A DNA stretch of 29,122 bases from an uncultured Saprospiraceae bacterium (GCA_964391045.1 CAYMLN010000001.1:1-29122), one strand, 5' to 3'; numbered from the stretch's first letter, positions 1 through 8,589 are shown. Notes: generated by a model from the sequence alone, not told the origin. Numbers and translations: made by a program.

Positions 1-1997
1 GCCACGGTATTCATCGGGTCGGCGTACGATTCACCGGTGTAGCTGTATTGAATCGAAAGCCGGGCTGTGCGGTACGCCATGGCGACACCGTTTCGGCTGA
101 TCCACGCCGGCGCACTTTCGACCTTGTTGTCCGCGATGCTGATGTTCTCCGTCCCGGACCGCACCCACGCATCCGTGTAGTGCGCATCCATCCAGGAGGT
201 GGCGGTGAATACCGTCAAGAGGAAGTCGCGTCCGGCCAGGATGTTGCCTTGGAGGAAGAGCTCGACACCCATGGTGCGGGAGTCGCCGATGTTGGTGCGC
301 AGCACGGTATAATTGCCTTGTGCATCCGTGGAGGCCAGGGCGCCCGGGCGGTCATTATATTGTAAGAGAAATCCGGTGATGTCCCAGCGCAGGAAGCGCC
401 AGCGGCCGCGGAAGCCGACCTCCGCGTTGTAACCCGTGGCGTCCTTCATGTCCGGATCGACGGTCTCATAGATCGAGGCCGGCACCTGGTCGCGGAAGAC
501 AACGGGCCGGTAGGCCTGGGACCAACCTCCATAGAAGTTGATGTCATCGCCGAGGTCATATTGCGCGCTGACGCCAAAGAGCGGAAAGCTGCGTTCGAGT
601 GTTCGACGGATCAGCGAATCGGCGGCATAGCGCGTCTCGCCGGAGATCTGCGTGTTGCCCTGTTCGTACCGCACGCCGGCATTGATCGCCAGCCGGTCCA
701 GGGGTCGCCAGTGATTCTCGGCAAAGGCGGCGAGGTTGTCCGTGCGGCTGTGCAGGTCGCGCCCCCATCCCGGGACTACGAGCGTGAGATCGTAATCATC
801 GCCGGTGGTCCCCACGCCTTGTTGCCGGCGGTGCAGGTCGTTGTTCATCCACTGGATGCCGCCGGTGATCGTCGATGCCTTGCGAAGCAGCGTATAGTGC
901 TGCCGGGCCCGGACTTCTGTCGTATAGCTGTTGAAGTTGTCGATGTCCACCTGCCGGTGCGCCGGTTCCAAGGTCTCCGGATCGATCGCATCGGGCACCG
1001 TGGCCGGGCGGTCAAACATCACGCTGTTGCGCGTGCCGAGGACGGCCGACGAGGTGAGTTCCAGTTCGAAGCGCGCATTGGGCGTCCAGGTGGCATGGAT
1101 GGACGGCACGTGGATGTCGGGGCTGTAATAATTCCGTTGCCGCGTGGCGTGTTGCGGATCCGCTGCGAACATCGAATCAGTCAGCGGGCCGGGCAGTTGG
1201 GTCACGTAGTTGGAGTGCGTCCATTCGGCGCGCACGCGCAGTGCGGTCGTTGGTGCGAACACCAGCATGAGTCCTTCAGCATCATATTCGGAGGCGCTGA
1301 AGTCGCGGTAGCCACCGAGCCACTTCTTGTTGAACCACCCGCTGTACGCGAGTTTCCCTTTCGTGCCGGAGGCGCCGTTGTACGTGCTGACCAGGCCGTA
1401 AGACCCGATCGTGTTGATGCTTTCGAAGGCGAGCGGACGCGTCGTGTCGGGCTGCTTACTCACGTAGTTGAGCATGCCGCCAAACTGTGCGCCGTATTGC
1501 AGTGAGCCTGTGCCGCGGATGAGCTCGATGCGTTGGACGGCCTCCATCGGTATATTGTAATGGCTCGCGGGATAGCCGTACATGTCGGAGTTGGTCAGCA
1601 CGCCGTCCTTACGGATATTGAACTCCCATCCCCGATGCGGGTCGAGGCTGCGCGTGGAGATATTGACCTGGTTGCCCGTCCCGTCCATATCATACACGAA
1701 GACGCCGGGGATCTTGGCGAAGATCTGGCGGCCGTATTTCTCCGTCAGGGCCGCCGGCCGCTGCGTGAGGTCGATGACCTCCGATTTCTTGCCTGAGAAG
1801 ACATACGTGCCCTGTACCGGTGCAAGGCGCTGGATATCCTGTGGAATGCGGACCGTCCGCACGGTCACCTCTTCGAGCGCTTTCACGCTGATCATCGAGT
1901 CGCCCGGCACCTGTGCAGACATTTTTCCGACAGCCCCCGGCAGATGGAGGATGATCAACAAACGGAGGAGATAAGCAGGTGAATGAAAGGTGTTCAC
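1..1997 (-). CDS. TonB-dependent receptor, FecA-like (3' end runs off the window)
   Basis: My own translation of the minus frame, which is absent from the ORF track because it has no stop in the window. GTG start at 1997 with an in-frame TGA just upstream. It contains a TonB-box-like LEEVTV, plug motifs (IFAKIPGVFVYDMDGTGNQVNISTRSLDPHRGWEF; VQRIELIRGTGSLQYGAQFGGMLNY) and barrel strands, and is still open at position 1 (..ESYADPMNTV). The substrate is not determinable. Confidence 0.93.
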   Translation of the reverse strand, partial: MNTFHSPAYLLRLLIILHLPGAVGKMSAQVPGDSMISVKALEEVTVRTVRIPQDIQRLAPVQGTYVFSGKKSEVIDLTQRPAALTEKYGRQIFAKIPGVFVYDMDGTGNQVNISTRSLDPHRGWEFNIRKDGVLTNSDMYGYPASHYNIPMEAVQRIELIRGTGSLQYGAQFGGMLNYVSKQPDTTRPLAFESINTIGSYGLVSTYNGASGTKGKLAYSGWFNKKWLGGYRDFSASEYDAEGLMLVFAPTTALRVRAEWTHSNYVTQLPGPLTDSMFAADPQHATRQRNYYSPDIHVPSIHATWTPNARFELELTSSAVLGTRNSVMFDRPATVPDAIDPETLEPAHRQVDIDNFNSYTTEVRARQHYTLLRKASTITGGIQWMNNDLHRRQQGVGTTGDDYDLTLVVPGWGRDLHSRTDNLAAFAENHWRPLDRLAINAGVRYEQGNTQISGETRYAADSLIRRTLERSFPLFGVSAQYDLGDDINFYGGWSQAYRPVVFRDQVPASIYETVDPDMKDATGYNAEVGFRGRWRFLRWDITGFLLQYNDRPGALASTDAQGNYTVLRTNIGDSRTMGVELFLQGNILAGRDFLLTVFTATSWMDAHYTDAWVRSGTENISIADNKVESAPAWISRNGVAMAYRTARLSIQYSYTGESYADPMNTV

Positions 1998-2024
1998 GGG
2001 TGTGCGTCAAGGGTATGTTAGGCA

Positions 2025-2032
2025 CAAAGATA
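2025..2032 (-). promoter_or_regulatory. Bacteroidota sigma-A -7 element (TATCTTTG) upstream of the TonB-dependent receptor
   Basis: The minus strand reads TATCTTTG-TGCC, an exact TAnnTTTG match 27 nt upstream of the GTG start. No clean -33 TTTG. Confidence 0.6.
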
Positions 2033-2072
2033 AGAAAGCCTAATAAAGGATAATCGTGTCCGAATATGACTT

Positions 2073-2208
2073 ATAGCGGCAGGGCTTGCCCCGGCCGGAC
2101 ACGGGAATTTGATAATCGGCGATCGAGGTATCGCGGGGGCAAGCCCCGCTCCTAGGGGTCCCTGTCGCACACGAGGGTGGGGTATCGCGGGGGCGAGCCC
2201 CGCTCCTA
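2073..2208. repeat. REP-like palindrome cluster (family A, 3 copies)
   Basis: GGTATCGCGGGGGC(A/G)AGCCCCGCTCCTA occurs at 2127-2154 and 2181-2208 (27/28 identical). A degenerate inverted copy, ATAGCGGCAGGGCTTGCCCCGGCC, is at 2073-2096. Each has an internal GC hairpin. Confidence 0.8.
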
Positions 2209-2233
2209 TGAGCCCCTGCCGAATACGTATGCC

Positions 2234-2968
2234 CTACCGAGCTTCGAACACGAAATTGTTACAATACCACCGCTTTCCCCCAGGCACCTGATGCACATCG
2301 AAATCGAATTCGGCCAGCGGCCGCAGGTCGCGGCCATCGATGAATCGTCCCGAATAGCCGAGATCGGTCAGGAAGCGAAACGTCTGTTCGGCCTGGTCGC
2401 GGCCGACGTGCCGGGCCTCGATCTCGACGAGGATCTTCGGCCTGAGGCGACGAAGGGTTTGCTCGCCGCCGCGGAAGACGGCGAGTTCATTGCCCTCCAC
2501 GTCGATCTTGAGTAGTGCAGGAGCGATATCGTATTTCGTGGCGTAGTCGTCGAGGGTCATGGTGGCCACGGTCTCTGTCCGGCCGGAGGCGGGATCCCCG
2601 ACGAGGGCGATCGAAGCGCCGGGCGATGAACCCTCGCTGACTGCGTTGCCCGGGATGAACAGCTCAGCTGTTCCTGAAGTGTCGGAGAGGGCGATGCGTT
2701 CGAGCGTGACATTGTCCCAGCGGCATTTGAATTTCATGCCGGCGAGATAGTCGTGCAACTTGAATTGCGGCTCGAACGCGACCACGTGGCCTTGCGGGCC
2801 GACGGCCTTGCGCATGAAGTGGAGATATCCGCCCTTGTGGGCGCCGATGTCCATGGCCGTCTGTCCCGGCGAAAGGGCGGACAGCAGGTAGGCAATTCCA
2901 CCCGGGTCCGTCTTGGTCTGGTACTTCCGTGCGCGCCATAACAGCTTTATCCGGTCAATGATTGCCAT
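2234..2968 (-). CDS. FkbM-family SAM-dependent methyltransferase
   Basis: Motifs MDIGAHKG, VVAFEPQ, TMTLDDY and LLKIDVEGNELAVFRG. The likely start is ATG 2968 (MAIIDRIK); the ORF-track extension to 3031 is probably not coding. Confidence 0.9.
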   Translation of the reverse strand: MAIIDRIKLLWRARKYQTKTDPGGIAYLLSALSPGQTAMDIGAHKGGYLHFMRKAVGPQGHVVAFEPQFKLHDYLAGMKFKCRWDNVTLERIALSDTSGTAELFIPGNAVSEGSSPGASIALVGDPASGRTETVATMTLDDYATKYDIAPALLKIDVEGNELAVFRGGEQTLRRLRPKILVEIEARHVGRDQAEQTFRFLTDLGYSGRFIDGRDLRPLAEFDFDVHQVPGGKRWYCNNFVFEAR

Positions 2969-3103
2969 GGCAGTGGAGATGAATTTTTTCCAAAATAATA
3001 AAAGCACGGCGAAGCGGCATACCTGGCGCAAGCGAAGTGATGTCGCTGGACAGTTGTGTGATGATGACTAAAGGCCCTTCACCGAATCAGCGCGCACAAA
3101 TGC

Positions 3104-4861
3104 TCAGGCCTTGATGAAACGTGCTGTCGTCACGCGACCCGCCTGCCTGATCCGGCACATGTACGTTCCGGATGGAAGTCTGGAGATATCAATGCGTTCC
3201 TGTACACTAAGCGTTCCAGGGTCTTGAAGGCGTAGGACACTCCGTCCGTGGACATCGATGATCTCGACCGAAGTGATGACGCCCTCCGGCATGTCGACCA
3301 GGATGAAGTCTGACGCCGGATTCGGGATGATGCGCATTGAAGGTGCATCGGGCATGTCCCCGGCGCTTGTCTCGATGAGCGCCAGCGCGGCCTCGACCGC
3401 GGCCAGCGCATCGACGCGGCCGTAGCCGTAAACGGCATTCGGGACGTCCGTGCCGGGCACGTCGCCGCATTGCTGGTCGGTGGTCTTCGGCACCGCGGTC
3501 TGCTCGATGATGTCCTCGATCAAATCGACCTGTCCGGCGAGTTCGGGATTGGCGGAGATCACGAGGGCGACGAGGCCCGCGACATGCGGTCCGGCCATGC
3601 TGGTGCCGGACGCGTTGCCGTAGGTGCCGTTGGGAAACGAAGAGCGCACGGAAACGCCGGGGGCGGCCACATTCGGCTTGAGGCGAAGGCTGCCGTCGAC
3701 GAAGACGGGTCCGCGGCTGCTGAAGCCCGCGATCGTATCGTTCTCGCGCGTCGCACCGACGGAGAAGCTGCCTTCAAACATCGCCGCGGGCGTGGAGACA
3801 CTGCCGCATCCGCTGCCGCTGTTGCCCGCCGACACCACCACGACCGTACCGGCGAGGCGGAGATTCATGACGGCCATGTCGAGCAACATCCAGTTGGACG
3901 AATCGCAGCCCTCGGCTTGCGGGCACGACCACGAGTTGTTGATCACGTGTGGCGCTTTCGCCGGATCCGGGTTTTCGTTGTTGAGGTCCGTCGGTGCGAG
4001 GAACCATTCGAAGCATTCGAGGTAGGTGAAGGGCGTGCCCCAGCCGCGCTCCATGTTGCGGCAGGCGCACCAGGTCGCCTCCGGCGCGACGCCGATCTGG
4101 TTTGGGCCGTCGAGGCCGATCATCGTGCCCATCGTGTGCGTGCCGTGGCCGTTGTCATCACAAGGCACTTTTGAATCGAGGCCGCACGGATTGATCGAAT
4201 CTGCATTGAACGGGTTGATCTCGTGGATGGCATCGTGCCAGTTGTAGTTGTGGTCAGCCGTGTCGGCTTCAACTACGTAGCCGCGGTATTTGTTCTTCAG
4301 CGCCGGATGTGCCCAGTCGTAGCCGGTATCCTGTCCGCCGACGACGACGCCCTGGCCGCTGTAGCCCATGGCCCAGGCATCGTCTGCGTTGATCATGTCA
4401 ATCCCCCATTCGATTCCGGCGCGCGGTGTGCCGTCGGACTGACGCCAGTCGATCGGCTCGGCGGCGCGGATGGCCGGGTCGGCCAGGATGCGAGCTACGT
4501 CCGTGCGCGCAGCTAACGATTGGATCAGGTCCATGCGGCCCTCGGTCCGGATCGCATTCACGATTACAAGTCGGCGGGCGGGTGCTTGTTTGTTGCTAAG
4601 GAATGCAAGCAACGGCCCCTGGGTCTCGTTGGCCGTGCGGGACAGTTCGGCGTACACGTATCGGGCCTTCTCGTCCTTGTCCCGGATATTCCGCGCAGCC
4701 GACACATCGGCCTGACGGTTGAGGACGATGACGAAGGGCACGGCGTGGCCGTCCCGCGCATCGGCGAGCAGGGACGGCGAGATCTTGTGGAGGGCGTCTT
4801 GTGCGGAGAGGCCGGCCATCGCGAGGCCGGCGAGGATCAGGGTGAGAATGAGTCTCATCAT
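3104..4861 (-). CDS. S8 (subtilisin/bacillopeptidase F-like) serine peptidase with T9SS C-terminal sorting domain
   Basis: Signal peptide MMRLILTLILAGLAMAGLSA/Q, propeptide and catalytic triad D (GGQDTGYD), H (NGHGTHTMGT), S (GTSMAGPHVAG). The C-terminus IIPNPASDFI..LPSGTYMCRI..ARFIKA is a typical T9SS CTD. Confidence 0.95.
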   Translation of the reverse strand: MMRLILTLILAGLAMAGLSAQDALHKISPSLLADARDGHAVPFVIVLNRQADVSAARNIRDKDEKARYVYAELSRTANETQGPLLAFLSNKQAPARRLVIVNAIRTEGRMDLIQSLAARTDVARILADPAIRAAEPIDWRQSDGTPRAGIEWGIDMINADDAWAMGYSGQGVVVGGQDTGYDWAHPALKNKYRGYVVEADTADHNYNWHDAIHEINPFNADSINPCGLDSKVPCDDNGHGTHTMGTMIGLDGPNQIGVAPEATWCACRNMERGWGTPFTYLECFEWFLAPTDLNNENPDPAKAPHVINNSWSCPQAEGCDSSNWMLLDMAVMNLRLAGTVVVVSAGNSGSGCGSVSTPAAMFEGSFSVGATRENDTIAGFSSRGPVFVDGSLRLKPNVAAPGVSVRSSFPNGTYGNASGTSMAGPHVAGLVALVISANPELAGQVDLIEDIIEQTAVPKTTDQQCGDVPGTDVPNAVYGYGRVDALAAVEAALALIETSAGDMPDAPSMRIIPNPASDFILVDMPEGVITSVEIIDVHGRSVLRLQDPGTLSVQERIDISRLPSGTYMCRIRQAGRVTTARFIKA

Positions 4862-4949
4862 GCTTGTCTTAACACTGACCCGGACCGATTTGTGCCGGGA
4901 AAGTGCGGCGAAGCTAGGATGTTTTTGTGGTCCTGCAGCAAGGGCGCTC

Positions 4950-5023
4950 GTTGGGCGCAAGTTCAGCTTGCGCCCAACATTCGCTCGCGCTTACAATGTC
5001 GCGGTCCCGTCAATGCGGGACCG
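4950..5023. repeat. 74-bp hairpin-rich direct repeat, left copy (REP family B palindrome plus second hairpin)
   Basis: GTTGGGCGCAAG-TTCAG-CTTGCGCCCAAC (perfect 12-bp stem), then a linker, then CGGTCCCG-TCAATG-CGGGACCG. It is 67/74 identical to 5681-5754 by manual alignment. Confidence 0.9.
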
Positions 5024-5038
5024 GCTGCGGGAATCGAT

Positions 5039-5061
5039 TGGTCGCAAGCTCAGTTTGCGCC
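5039..5061. repeat. REP family B copy (degenerate)
   Basis: TGGTCGCAAGCTCAGTTTGCGCC is close to the reverse complement of the 6071-6099 copy. Confidence 0.75.
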
Positions 5062-5154
5062 TGGGTTGAGCTGTAGGGATAAAAGCTATCGATCTTGCAA
5101 AGCCATTGCGGTGCGCAAGATTTATTTGGTTTGACGGATACGGATCTTGGGGTC

Positions 5155-5589
5155 CTATAGGGCACCCTCAAAAAACGAGGATGTTGGGCATGTGCTATCG
5201 ATAATGATCAAATGGATGTCATTCTCGGTTTCGTGAACAGACCCCATTTCAGCATTATTTGCCGGGTCAAATAATTCAAAGACTCTTGAGTCTTCATTTA
5301 GCTTGCAATTGTATGAAAGAGTGTCAATATAATAATAAGGTAAACCAGGGTTGGTGCTGAAAATGGTGAATATTATTAGGTCAGACCGTACATAAAGTGA
5401 ACATACGCCAGGTTCATAGACCAAGCCAGATCCTTGAGCATTGCATAAGGTTATATGTCCGTTGTAGATAATGTCTTCAAGACTATTAACGGAATCGGGT
5501 AAGCATTCCAATTGGTCGGTCTCAGGGTCGCATGAAAATATGACACCACATCCAAGCAGGCAAAGGAATGGGAGGATTTCAACTCGCAT
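5155..5589 (-). CDS. Hypothetical lipoprotein (AT-rich, orphan-like)
   Basis: ATG 5589 (MRVEILPFLCLLGCGVIFSC) has a hydrophobic segment and lipobox-like IFS-C, followed by acidic DPETD; 144 aa. Hand-counted GC is about 41% over 5161-5580. No family recognised. Confidence 0.75.
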   Translation of the reverse strand: MRVEILPFLCLLGCGVIFSCDPETDQLECLPDSVNSLEDIIYNGHITLCNAQGSGLVYEPGVCSLYVRSDLIIFTIFSTNPGLPYYYIDTLSYNCKLNEDSRVFELFDPANNAEMGSVHETENDIHLIIIDSTCPTSSFFEGAL

Positions 5590-5680
5590 GCTTTTTTCTT
5601 GAGTAACGTGAAAGGGAACAAAGTATTGTGTTTGGATGAGTTGTAAGGACGTGATGCATTGAAAGGAATATCGATGTCCC

Positions 5681-5754
5681 GTTAGGCGCAAGCTGAGCTT
5701 GCGCCCAACATTCGCTCGCGCTTTTAATGTCGCGGCCCCGTTAATGCGGGACCG
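5681..5754. repeat. 74-bp hairpin-rich direct repeat, right copy
   Basis: GTTAGGCGCAAGCTGAGCTTGCGCCCAACATTCGCTCGCGCTTTTAATGTCGCGGCCCCGTTAATGCGGGACCG, 731 bp from the left copy and in the same orientation. Confidence 0.9.
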
Positions 5755-5827
5755 TCTGCGCGACGGAGGGATCGATGTGCTACTAAGGCAATTGGACTAC
5801 GCCCAATGCGGCCCGCCAGGCTCTGCT

Positions 5828-5879
5828 GTTTAGAAAGGTTAGGGGTTTAGAGGGTTTAGAAATTTGAGCGGGTTTAGGG
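5828..5879. repeat. Degenerate 8-10-nt tandem tract (TTTAG/GTTAG units)
   Basis: TTTAG-like cores at 5829, 5838, 5846, 5855, 5863 and 5873. Confidence 0.6.
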
Positions 5880-6070
5880 CTGAAGCATTTTGACATCATG
5901 AGACCTGATCCATCAGCGGTCCTGCCTTTGCCCTGCGGGTCTTTATCAAATGATTTGATTTTCCATGCAAAGTGAGCTCCGAAGGAGCGACATCTAAATA
6001 GCAGGGGTATTCTGCGGGAGGTTAGACGATCACGCAGGACGTGATCGGTGGCCCTGATTAACAGGGCCCT

Positions 6071-6157
6071 GTTGGGCGCAAGCTGAGCTTGCGACCTACG
6101 TATCTCCTTGAACGACGATATCCCGTTGGACGCAGGCTTAGCTTGCGCAGAACATTC
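6071..6157. repeat. Two further REP family B copies
   Basis: GTTGGGCGCAAGCTGAGCTTGCGACCTAC (6071-6099; the reverse complement starts GTAG) and GTTGGACGCAGGCTTAGCTTGCGCAGAACATTC (6125-6157). The second also shares its upstream flank GAT(A/G)TCCC with the 5681 copy. Confidence 0.85.
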
Positions 6158-6351
6158 ATAGGTATGAGACTTATGGATCCGGGATTCAAATGACGTGTTA
6201 TTTCGTTTTGAAGAACGGATCTGCATGAAGAGATACAACCAGGAGAATGCCGTGGGCAGACTCCCCGGGGTTTCAGGACACCCGACGTCCGTGAGGACGG
6301 TCGTGTCCGAACACAGGGGCTTGGGGGCGTGCGCGGCGACGGATCTCAACC

Positions 6352-7419
6352 TCACGCCAACCGATGTATCGCATCATAATCCAGCAACTCCACCTCGGGC
6401 GTGAGATACCCATCTTTCACCGGCTCCTCCTTCATGAGGTCCGTGCTCAGGTATTTCTTGTTGCTGTCGCAGAAGATGGTCACGACATTATAGCGTTGTC
6501 CGGCATGCCGGTTTTGAAGCTCGATCGCGCCGAGGAGGTTGGCGCCGGACGAAATGCCGACGGCCAGGCCGAGCTGGCGGGCGAGTTTCTGGGCCATCAG
6601 GATCGAGTCGCCGTCGGAGACACGGACGATATCATCCAGTTCGTCGAGCTTGACGATGGCGGGGATGAACTCATCCGAGATGCCCTGGATGCGATGCGAA
6701 CCTACCTTGTGGCCGGTAGAGAGGGTCGGGGATTCGGCCGGCTCCAGGGGATGCACGCGCAAGGTCGGATTCCGCGACTTGAGGTAGCGGCCCGCGCCCA
6801 TGATGGTGCCGCCCGTGCCCACGCCAGCGACAAACGCATCGGGCGTGACGTCGACGCATTGCATTTGCAACCAGATCTCGCGCCCCGTGGTCCGCTCGTG
6901 CGCCTCGGCGTTGAAGCAGTTCTCGAACTGCCGGGAGAGGAAGACACTTTTGTTTTCCGCGGCCATTTCCTCGCTCCGCGCGATGGAGCCGAGGAATCCG
7001 CCCTCCGCCTTGGACACGAGCCGGACGTTGGCGCCGAGGCTCCGGATGATGTCGGTGCGCTCGCGGCTCAGCCAGTCGGGCATGATGATGCACACGTCAT
7101 GGCCGAGCGCGCGGCCGATGGCGCTGAAGGCAATGCCGGTGTTGCCGCTCGTCGCCTCCACGATGATGTCGCCCTCGCGGATGTTGCGGCTGTAATAGGC
7201 CTGCTGCAGGATGTACAGCGCCATGCGGTCCTTGATGCTCCCCGTGAGGTTGTAATGCTCGCACTTGACGTACACCTTGCGCACGTCGCCGCGGAAGCGG
7301 TAGGTTATCTCCATCATCGGCGTGTTGCCGACGAGCTGCCAGAGGTGGCGGAATTTGTTTTCCAACTTCGTCCCCGGCAATTGCGGGACGAGGCTGTAGT
7401 AGTTCGGTGAATAGTCCAT
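6352..7419 (-). CDS. PLP-dependent cysteine synthase family protein (CysK/CysM-like)
   Basis: [20 protein letters not shown] (PLP lysine), [15 protein letters not shown] and HRIQGI motifs. Exact substrate specificity is not assignable. Confidence 0.93.
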   Translation of the reverse strand: MDYSPNYYSLVPQLPGTKLENKFRHLWQLVGNTPMMEITYRFRGDVRKVYVKCEHYNLTGSIKDRMALYILQQAYYSRNIREGDIIVEATSGNTGIAFSAIGRALGHDVCIIMPDWLSRERTDIIRSLGANVRLVSKAEGGFLGSIARSEEMAAENKSVFLSRQFENCFNAEAHERTTGREIWLQMQCVDVTPDAFVAGVGTGGTIMGAGRYLKSRNPTLRVHPLEPAESPTLSTGHKVGSHRIQGISDEFIPAIVKLDELDDIVRVSDGDSILMAQKLARQLGLAVGISSGANLLGAIELQNRHAGQRYNVVTIFCDSNKKYLSTDLMKEEPVKDGYLTPEVELLDYDAIHRLA

Positions 7420-7531
7420 CTGCTGATCAATACGCGTGACCAGTGGTGCGGAATTTCAATTTTCCTAAGATACGGAAGATCGGGGAAGACAAATGAGCTT
7501 AAAGGATGAGTGGACCCACCGTGAAGAGGCG

Positions 7532-8554
7532 CTATTCCACGAAAATCTTTCCCGATTGGATGGTTTTCCCGCCGACATGAACCCGGAAGGCATGCCAACC
7601 ATGTGCGGCATCACCCAGGTCAATGTCCTGGCGCCGATCGGCGAGCCGGCGTTGATGCACGAGTGCGCCTTGTGCATTGTAGATCAACAGCGTGGCATCG
7701 GGATGGCCCGGCGAAATGAGTTCGATCGTCAACCGGCCGTTGGACGGATTCGGGAAGACGCGCACGAGCGGATCGAGGTCAGTCGGGGTGATAGCGGTCA
7801 CGCCGCATGTTTTCGCGGCATCGAACAACACTTGCAGCGAGTCGATCGGCTCGATCCGCTGGTTGTTGCGCGTGCGCACACCCAGCGAAAAGGACGGCGC
7901 GCCATACGTATCGGAAGGCTGGGCCACCTTGACGAAAGCGAACAAGGTCGATGTGCCATTCGGTGTGCATCGTGTGTCGGCGCCGACGACTTTGGCGCCC
8001 TGGAGGGCGGCCATGAGCCGGCAGGCGAGGTCCCCGGGTTCGCGGCGGAAGCGCGCTTCCATCGAGTCGATGATCTGCGGGCCGAGCAGGATATTCCCCT
8101 GGATCGAATAGTGTATGCCGTCTATGCTCCCCGTGCGATGGGCCTTGTACGCGTCGGTGTTGATGCCCGTGTAGCCGGCCGAACGCGTTGCGGAGCCTTG
8201 AAAGCCGGCCACTCCGTATTGTCGGAGCGTGGAATTGTCGCCCGCATCGTTTTGCGCGAGCCAGTCGATCACCTCCTGGGGCGAAAGGCCGGCCCGCATA
8301 CGGCCACGTGCGGCTGCCTGGTTGGCCGGCAGGTAATAGGCCTGCGTGTTGATCGCACCTGTGTCAGGCAGCAGGTCGCCGAGGAAGCCGGGGTCGGGGA
8401 TGTTAAACTGGATCAGGTCGACGCACGACGCGCCGGCGCTGCCCACTTCGCGCGACGTGGAGTCCGCGGCCACGATGGAGAACGTGTCCTGCGCGTATGC
8501 CTTGGTGGCCAGAAGTAACAAGGCATAAAGGGAGAGTCGTGCACAGTTCAGCAT
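7532..8554 (-). CDS. DUF1028 (Ntn-hydrolase-like) protein with T9SS C-terminal domain
   Basis: Signal peptide ..AYA/Q, then DTFSIVAAD..EVGSAGASC, NTQA, RQYGV, YTG, QGNILLG, RLMAALQGA..GADTRC (DUF1028 pattern). The C-terminus VRVFPNPSNG..IYNAQG..GKIFVE is a T9SS CTD. Confidence 0.85.
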   Translation of the reverse strand: MLNCARLSLYALLLLATKAYAQDTFSIVAADSTSREVGSAGASCVDLIQFNIPDPGFLGDLLPDTGAINTQAYYLPANQAAARGRMRAGLSPQEVIDWLAQNDAGDNSTLRQYGVAGFQGSATRSAGYTGINTDAYKAHRTGSIDGIHYSIQGNILLGPQIIDSMEARFRREPGDLACRLMAALQGAKVVGADTRCTPNGTSTLFAFVKVAQPSDTYGAPSFSLGVRTRNNQRIEPIDSLQVLFDAAKTCGVTAITPTDLDPLVRVFPNPSNGRLTIELISPGHPDATLLIYNAQGALVHQRRLADRRQDIDLGDAAHGWHAFRVHVGGKTIQSGKIFVE

Positions 8555-8589
8555 GGCGAACAAGGTCAGATTATCTGTTGGACGAAAGA

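Noticed and set aside
2042-2060. Fur box upstream of the FecA-like receptor
   Set aside because: Only the central GATAATC matches (about 11/19 to the E. coli consensus) and there is no dyad symmetry.
2127-2208. Mini-CRISPR (28-bp repeats with a 26-bp spacer)
   Set aside because: Only two direct copies plus an inverted relative; this geometry fits REP elements.
1998-2233. Cobalamin or other riboswitch upstream of the TonB receptor
   Set aside because: The leader between the -7 box and the start is under 30 nt, and the upstream structure is explained by REP hairpins.
4950-5071. Integron attC site: palindrome ends GTTGGGC/GTTAGGC and GCCCAAC match the GTTRRRY/RYYYAAC cores, and GTTGAGC at 5065 gives a 100-bp R''-R' span
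   Set aside because: No complementary L''/L' boxes at the required spacing. The conserved repeat has GTTRRRY before RYYYAAC (a REP-type palindrome), and there is no integrase in the window.
5783-6355. 190-aa minus-strand ORF, or a RAYT/transposase remnant
   Set aside because: The translation runs through repeats and hairpins and has no HUH or Tyr motif or other recognisable domain.
6352-7531. SAM or cysteine riboswitch, or a defined cys operon
   Set aside because: The 112-bp upstream gap has no recognisable aptamer, and there are no cysE or sulfate-assimilation genes nearby.
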